NCBI RefSeq assembly: GCF_009914755.1
Contig: NC_060943.1
Length of the DNA: 64,000 nucleotides
DNA from: the human T2T-CHM13v2.0 reference genome, Homo sapiens
Strand: one strand, 5' to 3'
Under the pieces are notes generated by a model, which was not told where the DNA came from, made no database searches, and was given only the letters and a program-made list of their open reading frames with translations. The translations under genes and the position numbers were made by a program. Position 1 is the first letter of the stretch. Each line of letters starts with the position of its first letter. Shown here piece by piece: positions 63,158 through 64,000 of the stretch.

Positions 63158-64000
63158 GCATTCTAGCCTGGGCGACGAGCAAGACTCCGTTTAAAAAAAT
63201 ATATATATACATATATAAACATATTCCTGAATGTCTATACTATAAAATATTTTTAAATATAACTTATAAATCTAAAGATAATACCTTAAAAAAGGAAATA
63301 GAATTGAGTTCCTATCAAATTAGGGCATTACTAAACAAGGAAGAATTATTTGTACTAGAATGTAAGCAAAATTACTTGACCATATATTTTATAATGCATA
63401 TATTATTTATCATATTATATAATAAATGTATACTTTTAAATCAAATTATATATTATGTAGTGACATATAGTTAATATTATTATATAATTTTGACTATATA
63501 TAGTAAAACATAAGTGAATACACCCTCAAAAATGTTTAATTCTTAAAATATGTATGGTCAAAAATTCTAAATTTCATCCTAGAGAAATAGCTGACTCCAC
63601 ATTCGGAGAGAAAATACAGGAGATGAAGTCAGAACTTCTTATCATGCAAGAAAGCAAAGACATCACCACATACCATCAGATTCATGTTACCTGAACATAA
63701 AGTCTATCATGAAAAGTTCCCAATGGCAAAATGTGGAATATTTATAGAATCAAATAATATAGGTAGTGTATTAAAACTAATGAATATGTTCAAAGCCTAT
63801 CAGTTTACTACTGTTAAAAACAAAATTAAAAAACAAAAAACCCCTCAAATATGAGGAATGGGAAAAGAACAAAATCTCCACATCAAAAACGTGGAAATGA
63901 AGGCAAGAAGCAAGATCTCTTTTGTTTATCTGAAGTGTTACACAGGAAACATTCTTTTCTGTAGAATGTTTCTACATAATAATAAGTATAGTAATAGCTA

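Overview
Primate, almost certainly human, genomic DNA from the centromeric LILR cluster of the leukocyte receptor complex (19q13.4). Three intact minus-strand genes can be reconstructed exon by exon: LILRB2 (598 aa, 3 ITIMs), LILRA3 (439 aa, soluble, so this is a non-deleted haplotype) and LILRA5 (299 aa, 2 Ig domains). Also present are the MIR4752 hairpin, a YME1L1 processed pseudogene with a second retrocopy nested inside it, a nearly intact V1R vomeronasal receptor pseudogene, at least six LILR gene fragments, several solo LTRs, and many Alu/L1 elements and tandem repeats. Most ORF-track entries are Alu or low-complexity artefacts. The strongest candidate for something undescribed is a ~1.1-kb relic at 24.6-25.7 kb. 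It forms one long, stop-poor reading frame once an internal 37-bp minisatellite is collapsed, and by eye it aligns with bornavirus nucleoprotein (candidate EBLN-like endogenous viral element; needs a profile search). Other leads are a latent in-frame fourth-ITIM exon and an ITIM-destroying NAGNAG acceptor in LILRB2, an inverted repeat looping out the LILRA3 terminal exon, and an LTR7 directly upstream of the V1R relic. All identifications come from reading the sequence and recalled family knowledge; no searches were run.
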